From: an uncultured Planctomycetales bacterium
GTDB lineage: Bacteria > Planctomycetota > Planctomycetia > Pirellulales > PNKZ01
Reading direction: 5' to 3'
Length of the DNA: 64,000 nt
Assembly: GCA_963710365.1 (NCBI GenBank)
Contig: CAVQAC010000015.1
Coordinates: 496,125-560,124 of the forward strand
Position 1 is the stretch's first letter, and every line of letters starts with the position of its first letter. The position numbers and the translations under genes are program-made. Of the stretch, positions 53,382-62,453 are shown piece after piece. The notes below the pieces were generated by a model that saw only the letters and a list, made by a program, of their open reading frames with translations, was not told where the DNA came from and did not search any database.

Positions 53382-53466
53382 TCTATTCGGAGTGCCAATA
53401 AGTTCCCGGAACCAAGAGCGACATGCTTGCCCAGGAAATTCTGGCCAAGATCCGGCATCAGGCAGG

Positions 53467-54717
53467 CTAATGCGGCTTTGCCTGCGGGGGCGGGGTGTCG
53501 CGATCGGCCACCGGTTTGGGGCCGACGTGGAAAATCCGAGTGTCGTTAGGCCAGAGCTCCAATTCGCGCGGGCGCGGCGGCGGGTTCCAGTCTCGCAGCG
53601 CGAGCAGGATCGTTCTTCCACCGCGAAAGCCTTCGAGCATCTCGTAAAGATGCATCCGTATTTCGACGCCGCTGTGGCCCGGCGGCGGGGCCTCGATTCG
53701 CGTGACGCTACTCACCGTGCCCGAGACAGAACCGTCCCATCCGCGCAGGCTGGGTTCGGCCGCCCAGATCGTGACCAAGGTATTGGCCTTGAAGGCATCG
53801 ACCAGTTCCGCTTCGATTCCGGCGGGAAAGGCGAACGTGACGTAACCGCGAGCACCCGCTCCAGGCATCGACTCGGTTTTGAGGACGATGGCGGGCAGAC
53901 CGCTACGTTTCAACTGGGCGATGTGGATCTGCCGCTGCTGCTCGGTCGCGACTCTGCGGCTCGCCGCGTCAATCCAGATTTCGCGGCACAGGCCGTCTTC
54001 CTTGGTAGAGCCCAACAGCGTGGCCCAGGTGAGATTGAGCTGAACGATCTGTCCTTGGGCGAGATCCTCGACCGAGGCAATCTCGCGGCCTTTCCAAATC
54101 CGCACGCCGCGGTCGAGTCGCAGCGTTTGCGTGGCCTCGACGCCGTCGTCGGTGTCTGTCACCGCGGCGCCATCGGTCAACTCGACGCGCTCGAAGGTGA
54201 CGGTGGCCTTGTCGGCTCCAAACGCGGCCAGTTTCCAGCCTTCGCCGCGCCGCTGGTGATAACTGAAGTCGTCCTCAAAACGGAGCACGCGCGAGTATTG
54301 CGAAACCACGGAGCGGAGATCAGGCGCGGCCATTCTGCTGGCGAAGTATCCGCTCTCGGGCGGCACAACCTTGAAATCGCCCTCGGGGCCGAGGTAGAAG
54401 ATGCCGTGCAGATGCGTGCCCAGCGGGAGGTCGCCCAACTCAACTCCAGCGCCGTGGTAGGTGATGTCCGCATAGGGCAGCATTTGAAAATGGTGTGGCA
54501 AATCCCAGTAGTATTTGTTGATTGTGCCATCGCGGTCCGGGCGCAGGATGCCGCGGCGATTCACGTGCTCGACGAGGATCAGCTCGCCTGCGAATCGTTT
54601 ACCCGCATTTGCCACCGGAAACACACCGTCGAGCGCGATGCGCCCGTCCGTCGGATCTGCCGCGTGCAATGGCGGGCTGGCAGCGATGAGCAAGGCGATC
54701 AAAAGCAGGATGCGCAT
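53467..54717 (-). CDS. Secreted hypothetical protein, third gene of the DUF1592-DUF1552 operon
   Basis: ATG at 54717 lies 4 nt after the DUF1552 stop. The signal is 'MRILLLIALLIAASPPLHA'. 416 aa, no recognised family. Confidence 0.65.
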   Translation of the reverse strand: MRILLLIALLIAASPPLHAADPTDGRIALDGVFPVANAGKRFAGELILVEHVNRRGILRPDRDGTINKYYWDLPHHFQMLPYADITYHGAGVELGDLPLGTHLHGIFYLGPEGDFKVVPPESGYFASRMAAPDLRSVVSQYSRVLRFEDDFSYHQRRGEGWKLAAFGADKATVTFERVELTDGAAVTDTDDGVEATQTLRLDRGVRIWKGREIASVEDLAQGQIVQLNLTWATLLGSTKEDGLCREIWIDAASRRVATEQQRQIHIAQLKRSGLPAIVLKTESMPGAGARGYVTFAFPAGIEAELVDAFKANTLVTIWAAEPSLRGWDGSVSGTVSSVTRIEAPPPGHSGVEIRMHLYEMLEGFRGGRTILLALRDWNPPPRPRELELWPNDTRIFHVGPKPVADRDTPPPQAKPH

Positions 54718-54721
54718 GGGC

Positions 54722-56092
54722 CTAACCCTCCAATTGCGAGATCGTCTGTAAGCTGTCGGCAAATGCGGGCGTTTCCACGTCCATCTTCTGCGCGAGAGTG
54801 AGCAGCAGGTTGCTGAAGCGTGCCCGGTCGTTCACGGGCGCGAGCAGATCTGGTAATGCGAGGTCTTCAGCGCTCCCTGTTCGTCGAGGGCGTAACCGTC
54901 GAAATGTCCCGCGTTGAAGTCGATGTGACTGCCATGTTTCAAGCCGAGCGCGCGGCCACCGGCCACGACGGTGGGGAGATTCGCATTGCCGTGACTGTGG
55001 CCGTAGGCCATGCCGCTGCCGTAGAGAGCCACGGTCAGGTCCAGCAGCGGTGTGTCGCCATCGTGCGTTTCGGCCAGGCGATCGAGGAAGTAGGCGAAGT
55101 GCTCGAAGTTGAAGGCATCGCTCTGCGTGAGGCGGTCCAACTGGTCGGGGTCGCCGTTGTGATGCGAGAGGGCGTGCCGGGTCTGGTTGATGCCGAGTTC
55201 GGGAATCGGCAGGCCTTTGCCTTCGTCGCCCGAACTGAATGTGATCACGCGGGTGGTGTCGGTTTGCAAGGCCAGGATCATCAGGTCGTAGAAAGTGCTG
55301 AAGTAATCGCTGGGTTTGGTTTGCGGAACGTCGCGCGTCAGGTGGCGGCGGACGGCGTCCGGCACTTGAGGACGCGGCACGTCGAGCCAACCATCGGCAC
55401 GTTCAGTTCGGATTTCCACCTCGCGGACCGAGGTGAGGTATTGATCCAGCCTGCCGCGATCTTCGCTGCCGATCTTGCGATCCAGCGCCTCGCGCTTCGC
55501 CGAGTACCGCGTCGAGCACGCTGCCGCGCCGACGCAGCGTCTCGCGCTCCTTGCCCACGCCGCCGTCCGGCGCTTCGAACAGACGGCGAAACACGTCGCG
55601 TGGCTTGGTCTCGGCAGGCAGGCCGATGCCACCGGCGGTGAAGGCAAGCGACCGGCCCGTGTCGCTCAGCTCCAACGAGGCAAAGCGAGTGTGCGCCGCC
55701 AGCTTTCCGGCGATCAATTGGTCCAGGCTGATGCTGTTGCGTTTTCCCTGGCCAATCTCGGCCCCGGTCAGCCAGATGCTCTGGCAGTCGTGATGATGCC
55801 CGAGCCCATTGGGATGATGCAGCCCCGAGATCGGCGTGATGTTGGCGCGATGTCGCTCGAGTGGTTTCAGCCCGCGGCTGAAGCGATAGTCTGGCCCGGC
55901 GTCCAGGATCTGATAGTCGAGCGTGTTCACACCGTTGGGTAGATAGACGAACACGCTGCGCTTGGCCTTCGGCGCAGCCGGCGCGGCCAACAATGGACGC
56001 ATGCAATTCAGCATGGGAAGGGCGATGGAGACACCCAGGCCGCGCAGCACGTGGCGCCGACTCAGCAGCCAGGATTGCTTAAGAACGTTCAT
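54722..56092 (-). CDS. DUF1552-family Tat-signal protein (copy 2), two frameshifts (~55500, ~54875)
   Basis: '[20 protein letters not shown]', '[11 protein letters not shown]', '[11 protein letters not shown]', '[11 protein letters not shown]' (HxxSHH) and '[12 protein letters not shown]' are spread over ORFs 55403..56092, 54832..55647 and 54722..55390. Confidence 0.85.
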
Positions 56093-56133
56093 GGTTTTTC
56101 AGCTCGTGCGCTCGATGGCTGGCAAGGGGTGGG

Positions 56134-58576
56134 TTAACGTCTTCGGAACAACTCTGAGGCGACGAAGGCATCGATGAGGTCACGCAGTCGGTAGCCGTGG
56201 TCGCGGGTTTGCCGAACGATCAAGTTGATGGCTGCTTCGTCTTCCAGGGTTATCGACCGTCGCAAGGCATACACGGCAAGCTTGCCCGTGAAGGCGCGAG
56301 CAAAGACTTCCGGCTTCGCCGCGAGCAATCGCTTGAAATCAGCGGCATCGGCAAAGCGGCGCCCGTCGGGAAGCTGGCCGCTGGCATCGACGGGTGGGTT
56401 GGCGCCTTTGCCTGCCAGGACAACTTCTTCCGTGCGCCAGCGGCCGATGGCGTCGTAGTTGTCGAAAGCCAGGCCCAGTGGATCGATCTTGGCATGGCAG
56501 GCAGCGCAATTCGCGTTGGCTTTGTGTGCGGCCAGCTTCTGGCGAATCGTAGCCTTGGGTTCGTTCACGGGGTTCGGCTCAATCGCGCTGACATTCGGCG
56601 GTGGCGGCGGAGGCGTCTTGCCAAAGACCGTTTGCGAGACCCACACCCCGCGATGCACGGGCCGGTGCCGCGTTCCGTCGGAAGTCAACGACAGCACGGA
56701 CGCCTGCGTGAGAATGCCTCCCCGATGCTCCTGGGGCTGCAGGACGACGCGCTCAAAGCCGCCACTGGCCGGCGGTTCTAGTCCATAGTGCAGCGCCAGT
56801 CGCGGATTGAGCATAGTCCAATCCGATTCGAGGAATTCGACCAGCGGAAGGTTTTTGCGGAACATTTCGGCGAAGTAATGCGTGGTCTCGAGGACCATGC
56901 TCTGCTCCAGCCAGTCGTCGTAGTCGGGGTAGAGTTTCGGATCCGGCGGAAAAGCTCCGACTCTCTTTAACTGCAACCATTGCCGCGGAAAGGATTCAGT
57001 AAACCTCGCGATCTTCGGATCGGCCAGCATGCGCGCGGCCTCGGCTCGCAGACCCTCGCGATCGTGCAATCTGTCATCCATCGCGGCGGCCAACAGATTC
57101 TCGTCTGGGCCGGAGCTCCACAGAAAAAACGACAGGCGCGAGGCCAATTCTTGATCATTCAACAGCGTGCGATTTTCGCCCGGCGAACCTTCCGCAATGT
57201 AGGCGAAATTCTTCGAGGCGAGCAGGCCCACCAGGGCAGTCCTGTACGCCACGCGAAAGGATGACTCGCGCCGCCAGTTCGCGCGAGACGATCGTCGCAT
57301 AAGGGCGGATTTCTTCCTCGGTGACGGGTCGGCGCCAGGCGCGCTGGGCGAAGCGCGTGAGGCAGGCCAGCACGTCCTCGGTACTCGCGTTGTCGGCGGG
57401 AAACAAGCCTGAGCGCTTACGCACGTCGTCCGGTTTCTCCAGCGGCCCTTGCCAGTCGATCCAATCGAAGATAAGCAACGGATAGAGCGGCCGGCCTTCG
57501 TCGTCGGTCATCTTGCGCTGCCAGGGCGCGCGGGATTTCGGATCGTTGAGTGTGGTGAACACAAAACCGCCCGGCCGGCCCGAGCGCGGCGCGTTCGAGG
57601 GGCCGGGTACCGCGTTGTTGATCGCGATGTCGAACTTGCCGGCCGGCAAAAATGTCTCGAACTCCAACACCACCGGCTTGTCCTCCGACGCGAGGACATC
57701 GGCCTCGAAGATCATGCGGTCCAATTCGGGAGAATACAGGCTGACGTGCGGCGACCGCCCGCCGGTCGGCCTCAGCCCGCTCAACTGCATCCTTGCCCGA
57801 TACAGCCCCGACGCCTGCCGGTAACCCGGATCGGGACGCAGGAAAGAAAGTTGCAGCCCGGGCCACATGAGCATGCGAATCCTGGGAGTGATGCCGATCC
57901 AATCCAGCTCTTTGCGTTTATCGCCATTCTGCCAGTCGATGGTCAGGGCATCGCGGTGGGTTTTGACTTGAAACGGCTTCGAGTCTGGAAATGCCTGATC
58001 GATAATCTCCGCGGCGGCTTTGAGGTATTGCTCGACGTGCGACGGCGACAGCGATAGTTCACTCCCCAGCCGCTCGATTCCCTGCCAATTCGGATCTTCC
58101 GCGAATGCACCGGGTGCGCGGGTGTCGTATCGCACGCCGAGGAGATCATACACGGCGTGCGAGTATTCTTCCCGGCTCAACCGGTAGTGGCTCACCGGCG
58201 CGCGTTTGGCCATGCGAGCGGCTTCGCCTTCCTTGATCCGCGCGGAGAGCCACTCCATCACTCGGCCAGACGCTTCGGCGGTGGGCTGCGGTTCATCTTC
58301 CGGTGGCATCTCTCCCGCGCCGATTCGCGTGATCACCTCGATCCAGCGCTCGGCCGCTGAACCGCCCGCGAAATCACGAGTCAGCGCATCCAGCCGCAGA
58401 TCTGCCTTGTGCTCGTCCGGGCCATGACAACGCAGGCAGTGCTTTCGCAAATAAGGCTCAACCGTTTCCGCAAACCCTGGCGACGCGTCCGCGGCAGCGA
58501 AGACTGTGCTCGTCAACGGGCAAGCGAGCACAAGGCTCAGCAGCACAATGGCTCGAATCAGCGGCATCGGATTCAT
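56134..58576 (-). CDS. DUF1592-group multidomain protein with CxxCH N-terminus (copy 2), one frameshift near 57270
   Basis: A signal peptide is followed by 'YLRKHCLRCHGPDEHKADLRLD'. 'GAGEMPPEDE', 'YRLSREEYSHAVYDLLGV', 'ELASRLSFFLWSSGPDENLL' and 'CAACHAKIDPLGLAFDNYDAIGRWR' are present. ORFs 57155..58576 and 56134..57300 join as 'SRELAA/ESSFRVAY'. Confidence 0.85.
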
Positions 58577-58770
58577 CTTCGAGGCGGGCGGCAGGCGGGC
58601 ACCGAGGGAAAGTGCATTTTAACTGGGCGTGCCGCCTCGGTATAGCGACGGTCAAGTCTCGAATTTGCTTGCTATCCGTACTGCCCGCGGATAGGCTTAG
58701 GTTCGCTCGCGCTTTCGGAAGACAAAGTGAATAGCACCCCGGCCCATCCGGGTGGCTCGTCAATGAGTAA

Positions 58771-58819
58771 GCCGACGTGGTAGAGCACCTTTTGGTGTTC
58801 TGCCACGTCGGCTTTTTTT
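58771..58819 (+). terminator. Strong rho-independent terminator, plus-strand specific
   Basis: A 19-bp stem (58771-58789 pairs with 58794-58812) needs only two G.U wobbles in the plus-strand RNA. The loop is UUUU and a U7 tract follows at 58813-58819. The minus-strand RNA would have A.C mismatches and no U tract. Confidence 0.8.
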
Positions 58820-58832
58820 GTTTCCCCTCAAT

Positions 58833-58904
58833 GTCAAGGTGACGACGGGGGTCAAGGTAACGACGGGGCCGGATTATTCCCTGCCGCCGGATTGGCCTCG
58901 CGAC
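58833..58904. repeat. Four 18-bp-periodic direct repeat units upstream of the VWA gene
   Basis: GTCAAGGTGACGACGGGG (58833-58850) and GTCAAGGTAACGACGGGG (58851-58868) are tandem. CCGGATT then recurs at 58869 and 58887, keeping the same 18-bp phase. Confidence 0.7.
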
Positions 58905-58968
58905 GAGACAGCGATTATTCGATCAGCGCTCGCTCAAACAGCGCTCAATCAAGTGGGAGAACGCAGTC

Positions 58969-61545
58969 ATGTCTAAGTCCAATCGCTGGGCGCGGGCCAC
59001 TGGGCTCGTCGTCGTATTCACATCGTTCGCGTGGGCGACAGCTTGCGCAAACGCGGAAGAGGTCGGGTTCGTGCGAGCAGCCTCGGGCGGAATCGGCGGG
59101 GATGCGAACACCGCTCGGCCGGGCAAGGCCTTCACGTTCGTCAAACCTGGCGGCGAGACGTACTTTGCAATCAGCCTGACTCCGAATGTCGCTCGGCCAG
59201 CTGCCGTAGCACAAGATATTCTGGTGATGTTCGATACGTCGGCCAGCCAGGCAGGCGATTTCCGCGATAAGGCGCTCGGCGCATTGCAATCGTTCCTGAC
59301 CGGCTTGGGCTCGAACGACCGCGTGAAGATCGTGGCTGTCGACTTGCAAACGATCGAACTCACCAAAGGGTTCGTCGCTCCCGGCAGTGCGCAGGCGCAG
59401 CAAGCGCTGTCGCAATTGCGCGAGCGGGTTCCCTTGGGCTCGACCGACCTGGAACTGGTGCTCGAGGCGGCCGCCGACAGTTTCGCGCATGCGCCCCCGG
59501 GGCGTGGTCGCGCCGTGGCATATATTGGCGACGGCATGAGCACCGCCCGGTTGATTCCCAATAGCCGTATGCAGCAGTTGGTTGATCGACTGGTCAGCGA
59601 ACAAGTATCGGTCGACAGCTACGCCGTCGGCCCGCGGTTGGACAACATTTTGCTCGGAGCACTCGCGAATCACACGGGCGGAATGCTGCTCGTCGATACC
59701 GAGAATTGGAATGCGAAACAGGTGGGCCTGTTGCTGGCCTCGAGCGTGAAAGAACCGGTTTTATGGCCGCAGCAGGTGCAGCTTCCGCCGAGCCTGGCCG
59801 ACGTCTATCCACGCCGGCTGCCGCCCTTGCGATTTGATCGCGATACGATTCTGATCGGCCGCGGCAAGGAACAGCCGACCGGAACGGTTCAAGTGATGGC
59901 CGAATCCAGTGGCCAGGAATTGCCGATGAGCTGGCAGCTTGCGCCGCAGAAGCCGAGCGACGACAACGCATATTTGGCCGATTTGGCCGCAAGCAGCCAG
60001 CGCGACGGCGGCTTGGGATTGCCTCTGGTCGGCAGCGCCGGACTGGTCGAGATGCGGCGCTTGGTGCGCATGGAAGGTCGTGCCCTGGTGCGATTGGGCC
60101 AGCAGGCCGTGGCCACCGGAGCGCTGGATCAGGCTGAAACGTTGGCCGCCCAGGCGCTGAAACTCGACTCCGGCGATCCCGAGGCTTTGGCCATTCGCAA
60201 TGCCGTGTCGAAAGCCCGTAAATCCGCGTTGCGCGGCCCAGGTCGCGAGCTGAAATTGGTGAATTTCCAGGCATCCGGCGAATTGCCGCCCGCTCAGACC
60301 GCCGCCGAGCAGGCCACGACGGCCCCCGCCGACGGCGATTTCCTCAACCAGGTTGAGCAGCAAAATCGCGTCCTGTCCGGTGCTCTGCAAGCCGAAGTGC
60401 AAAACGCTCTGAACCAGTCCCGCAACATGATGGGGACCAGTCCCGAACAAGCCATGAACACTCTGAAGCTGGAGTTGGAAAAGGTCCGGCAAGCTCCGGA
60501 ACTCAGCCCCGAACTGCGGCTGCAACTCGTCGCGCAGTTGGAAACGGCCCTACGTTCGGCCAGCCAGCAGGCCGTGGTCGCCGCCGATCGCAGTCTGAAG
60601 CAGCAGGAGATCCAGGCCGAGAGCGAAGCCCAACGGCAACTGGTGCGAGACCTGTTCGCGAAGGAGGACAAGGTCACGCAACTCATGGAACGCTTTAATG
60701 CGTTGATGGACGAAGGCCGGTATCTTGATGCCCGCAACGCCGCGGAATTAGCCCGCGATAATTCGCCGCACCGTGTGGGGCCGCAGGAAGCCGCCTTGAC
60801 CGACGCGCCAATCGAGGCTGCTCAGGTGAATAATATCACGTTCGCCTACGCAAACCGCGAAGCGCACCGCACTGGTTTCCAGAGCATGTTGATGTCGATC
60901 GAAAAGGCCGGAACCCTGTTGGTGGACGATCCCCCGGTGGTGTACCCGGATCCCGAGGTCTGGAAATTGCTCACCGAGCGCCGCGAGAAGTACAAGAGTG
61001 TCGACCTGGCGCGGAACAATCCGGCCGAAGTAAAGATCGTCAAGGCGCTGGATGAAACGACCGAGCTCGACAACATCCAGGAAATGCCGCTAACCGACGT
61101 CATCGACTATCTCAAGACGAAGCACAGCATCGAGATCCAGTTGGATAGCAAGGCCCTGGAAGAGGCCGGCGTGGCGCTCGATACGCCCATTACTCGCAAC
61201 TTGCGGGACATTACGCTGCGTTCCGCGTTGCGATTGATGCTGCGTGAACTCGACCTGACCTACGTGATTCGCGACGAAGTGCTGCTGATCACCACCAGCG
61301 CTGCGGCTGAAACCATCATGACCTCGAAGGTCTACCCGGTGGCCGACCTGGTGATCCCGATCAAAAACCAGGGAATGAGCGGCTTTGGCGGGCTCGGTGG
61401 CCAGGGCGGCGGCATGGGGATGGGCGGCGGCATGGGCGGCGGTGGCATGGGTGGCGGTGGCATGGGCGGTGGCATGGGAGGTGGCATGGGCGGCGGTGGC
61501 GGCATGTTTGCCGTTCGCGATGCCCTGAAGCCCTCATCCAAGTAA
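58969..61545 (+). CDS. Large secreted VWA-domain protein with C-terminal Gly/Met-repeat tail
   Basis: The signal is 'LVVVFTSFAWATACANA'. The MIDAS-type block is 'ILVMFDTSASQAG'. A long helical middle is followed by the block 'PLTDVIDYLKTKHSIEIQLDSKALEEAGVALDTPITRNLRDITLRSALRLMLRELDLTYVIRDEVLLITT', then 'GGMGMGGGMGGGGMGGGGMGGGMGGGMGGGGGMF'. Confidence 0.8.
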   Translation: MSKSNRWARATGLVVVFTSFAWATACANAEEVGFVRAASGGIGGDANTARPGKAFTFVKPGGETYFAISLTPNVARPAAVAQDILVMFDTSASQAGDFRDKALGALQSFLTGLGSNDRVKIVAVDLQTIELTKGFVAPGSAQAQQALSQLRERVPLGSTDLELVLEAAADSFAHAPPGRGRAVAYIGDGMSTARLIPNSRMQQLVDRLVSEQVSVDSYAVGPRLDNILLGALANHTGGMLLVDTENWNAKQVGLLLASSVKEPVLWPQQVQLPPSLADVYPRRLPPLRFDRDTILIGRGKEQPTGTVQVMAESSGQELPMSWQLAPQKPSDDNAYLADLAASSQRDGGLGLPLVGSAGLVEMRRLVRMEGRALVRLGQQAVATGALDQAETLAAQALKLDSGDPEALAIRNAVSKARKSALRGPGRELKLVNFQASGELPPAQTAAEQATTAPADGDFLNQVEQQNRVLSGALQAEVQNALNQSRNMMGTSPEQAMNTLKLELEKVRQAPELSPELRLQLVAQLETALRSASQQAVVAADRSLKQQEIQAESEAQRQLVRDLFAKEDKVTQLMERFNALMDEGRYLDARNAAELARDNSPHRVGPQEAALTDAPIEAAQVNNITFAYANREAHRTGFQSMLMSIEKAGTLLVDDPPVVYPDPEVWKLLTERREKYKSVDLARNNPAEVKIVKALDETTELDNIQEMPLTDVIDYLKTKHSIEIQLDSKALEEAGVALDTPITRNLRDITLRSALRLMLRELDLTYVIRDEVLLITTSAAAETIMTSKVYPVADLVIPIKNQGMSGFGGLGGQGGGMGMGGGMGGGGMGGGGMGGGMGGGMGGGGGMFAVRDALKPSSK
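61381..61506 (+). repeat. Imperfect tandem GGC/GGT-ATG repeats encoding the (G3-5M)n tail
   Basis: Repeated 'ggcggcatggg' and 'ggtggcatggg' units with a period of 12-15 nt lie inside the VWA gene. Confidence 0.8.
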
Positions 61546-61577
61546 CGCACCAATGACGATACTGCCAACAAACGTAC

Positions 61578-62453
61578 CTAGTCTCGACTATTGTCGATGG
61601 CTAACAGTTGGCCGGCGTTCCGAGCGGATTCTTCCGCAGTGGCAATCGCCCGCACAATCGCAACGTCATTTTCGAGCTGGGCCATATCCAGCTTCCCCGC
61701 ACGCAGCACGTTGATGAAATTCCCCAACTCACGCGTTAGCGGAAGTTCTTCATCGTACACGGGGAACGACGTGCCTTGGGGATTGCGCAGCGAAAGTTTT
61801 CTCTTGGCGCCATCGTCGAAGGTGAGCGATTCGTTCTCGCCAACAATCGTCATGCGATGACGTTTCAGCGGCGAGATCCAACTGGCATTCGCGATGAACG
61901 GTACGCCGCCGATCACAAAATGGGCGATCGCTGCCTTGAACTGCGATGGCTCGCCGACGCCCCAGGCCTGCGCAAAACCAGGACTCGCGCCGAAGATCGC
62001 TTGTGCCATGGAAAGACCATGAGGAAGCCAATCCCACAGCACCGATGAATCGGTGCGTGGATGAAGACTCATTCCCTCCCAGAACACGGCCTGCACCGAT
62101 TCGAATCTGGAAAAAAGTTGTATCGCAGCCTGAAACGCGGGGTTGTGCAATTGCACGTGTCCCACAACAACGGGTGTGCCAGACCGCAGTGCCGCCTCAC
62201 GAATGCGCATCGCGTCGTCAACAGCGGTCGCCATCGGCTTTTCGATGAATGTCGGCACTCCCGCTTCAAGGAACGGGAGCGCTAACCCGGCATGCGTCGT
62301 GGAAGGCGTTGCAATGACGACCCCGGCAGGCTTCTCGCGCAGGATGATGCTGAGATCCCTTGATTCTTCGATCAACTGCACGTCGCGCATCGTCGCCAGC
62401 GTGCGGACGATGTTCATGCCCCATTTGCCGCGTCCAATCACTGCGAGTCGCAT
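61578..62453 (-). CDS. Gfo/Idh/MocA-family oxidoreductase (sugar-nucleotide cluster)
   Basis: 'MRLAVIGRGKWGMNIVR' is a Rossmann N-terminus, followed by 'VVIATPSTTHAGLALPFLEAGVPTFIEKPMA'. Confidence 0.75.
   Translation of the reverse strand: MRLAVIGRGKWGMNIVRTLATMRDVQLIEESRDLSIILREKPAGVVIATPSTTHAGLALPFLEAGVPTFIEKPMATAVDDAMRIREAALRSGTPVVVGHVQLHNPAFQAAIQLFSRFESVQAVFWEGMSLHPRTDSSVLWDWLPHGLSMAQAIFGASPGFAQAWGVGEPSQFKAAIAHFVIGGVPFIANASWISPLKRHRMTIVGENESLTFDDGAKRKLSLRNPQGTSFPVYDEELPLTRELGNFINVLRAGKLDMAQLENDVAIVRAIATAEESARNAGQLLAIDNSRD

Noticed and set aside
53362-54801. 479-aa plus-strand ORF
   Set aside because: It is the mirror image of the minus-strand secreted-protein gene. It has Arg/Gly/Ala-rich antisense-type composition, no signal or motif, and it overlaps two real genes.
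61381-61506. Tandem repeats as a possible CRISPR array or minisatellite
   Set aside because: The period is 12-15 nt with no spacers, and the repeats sit in frame inside a long ORF encoding Gly/Met repeats.
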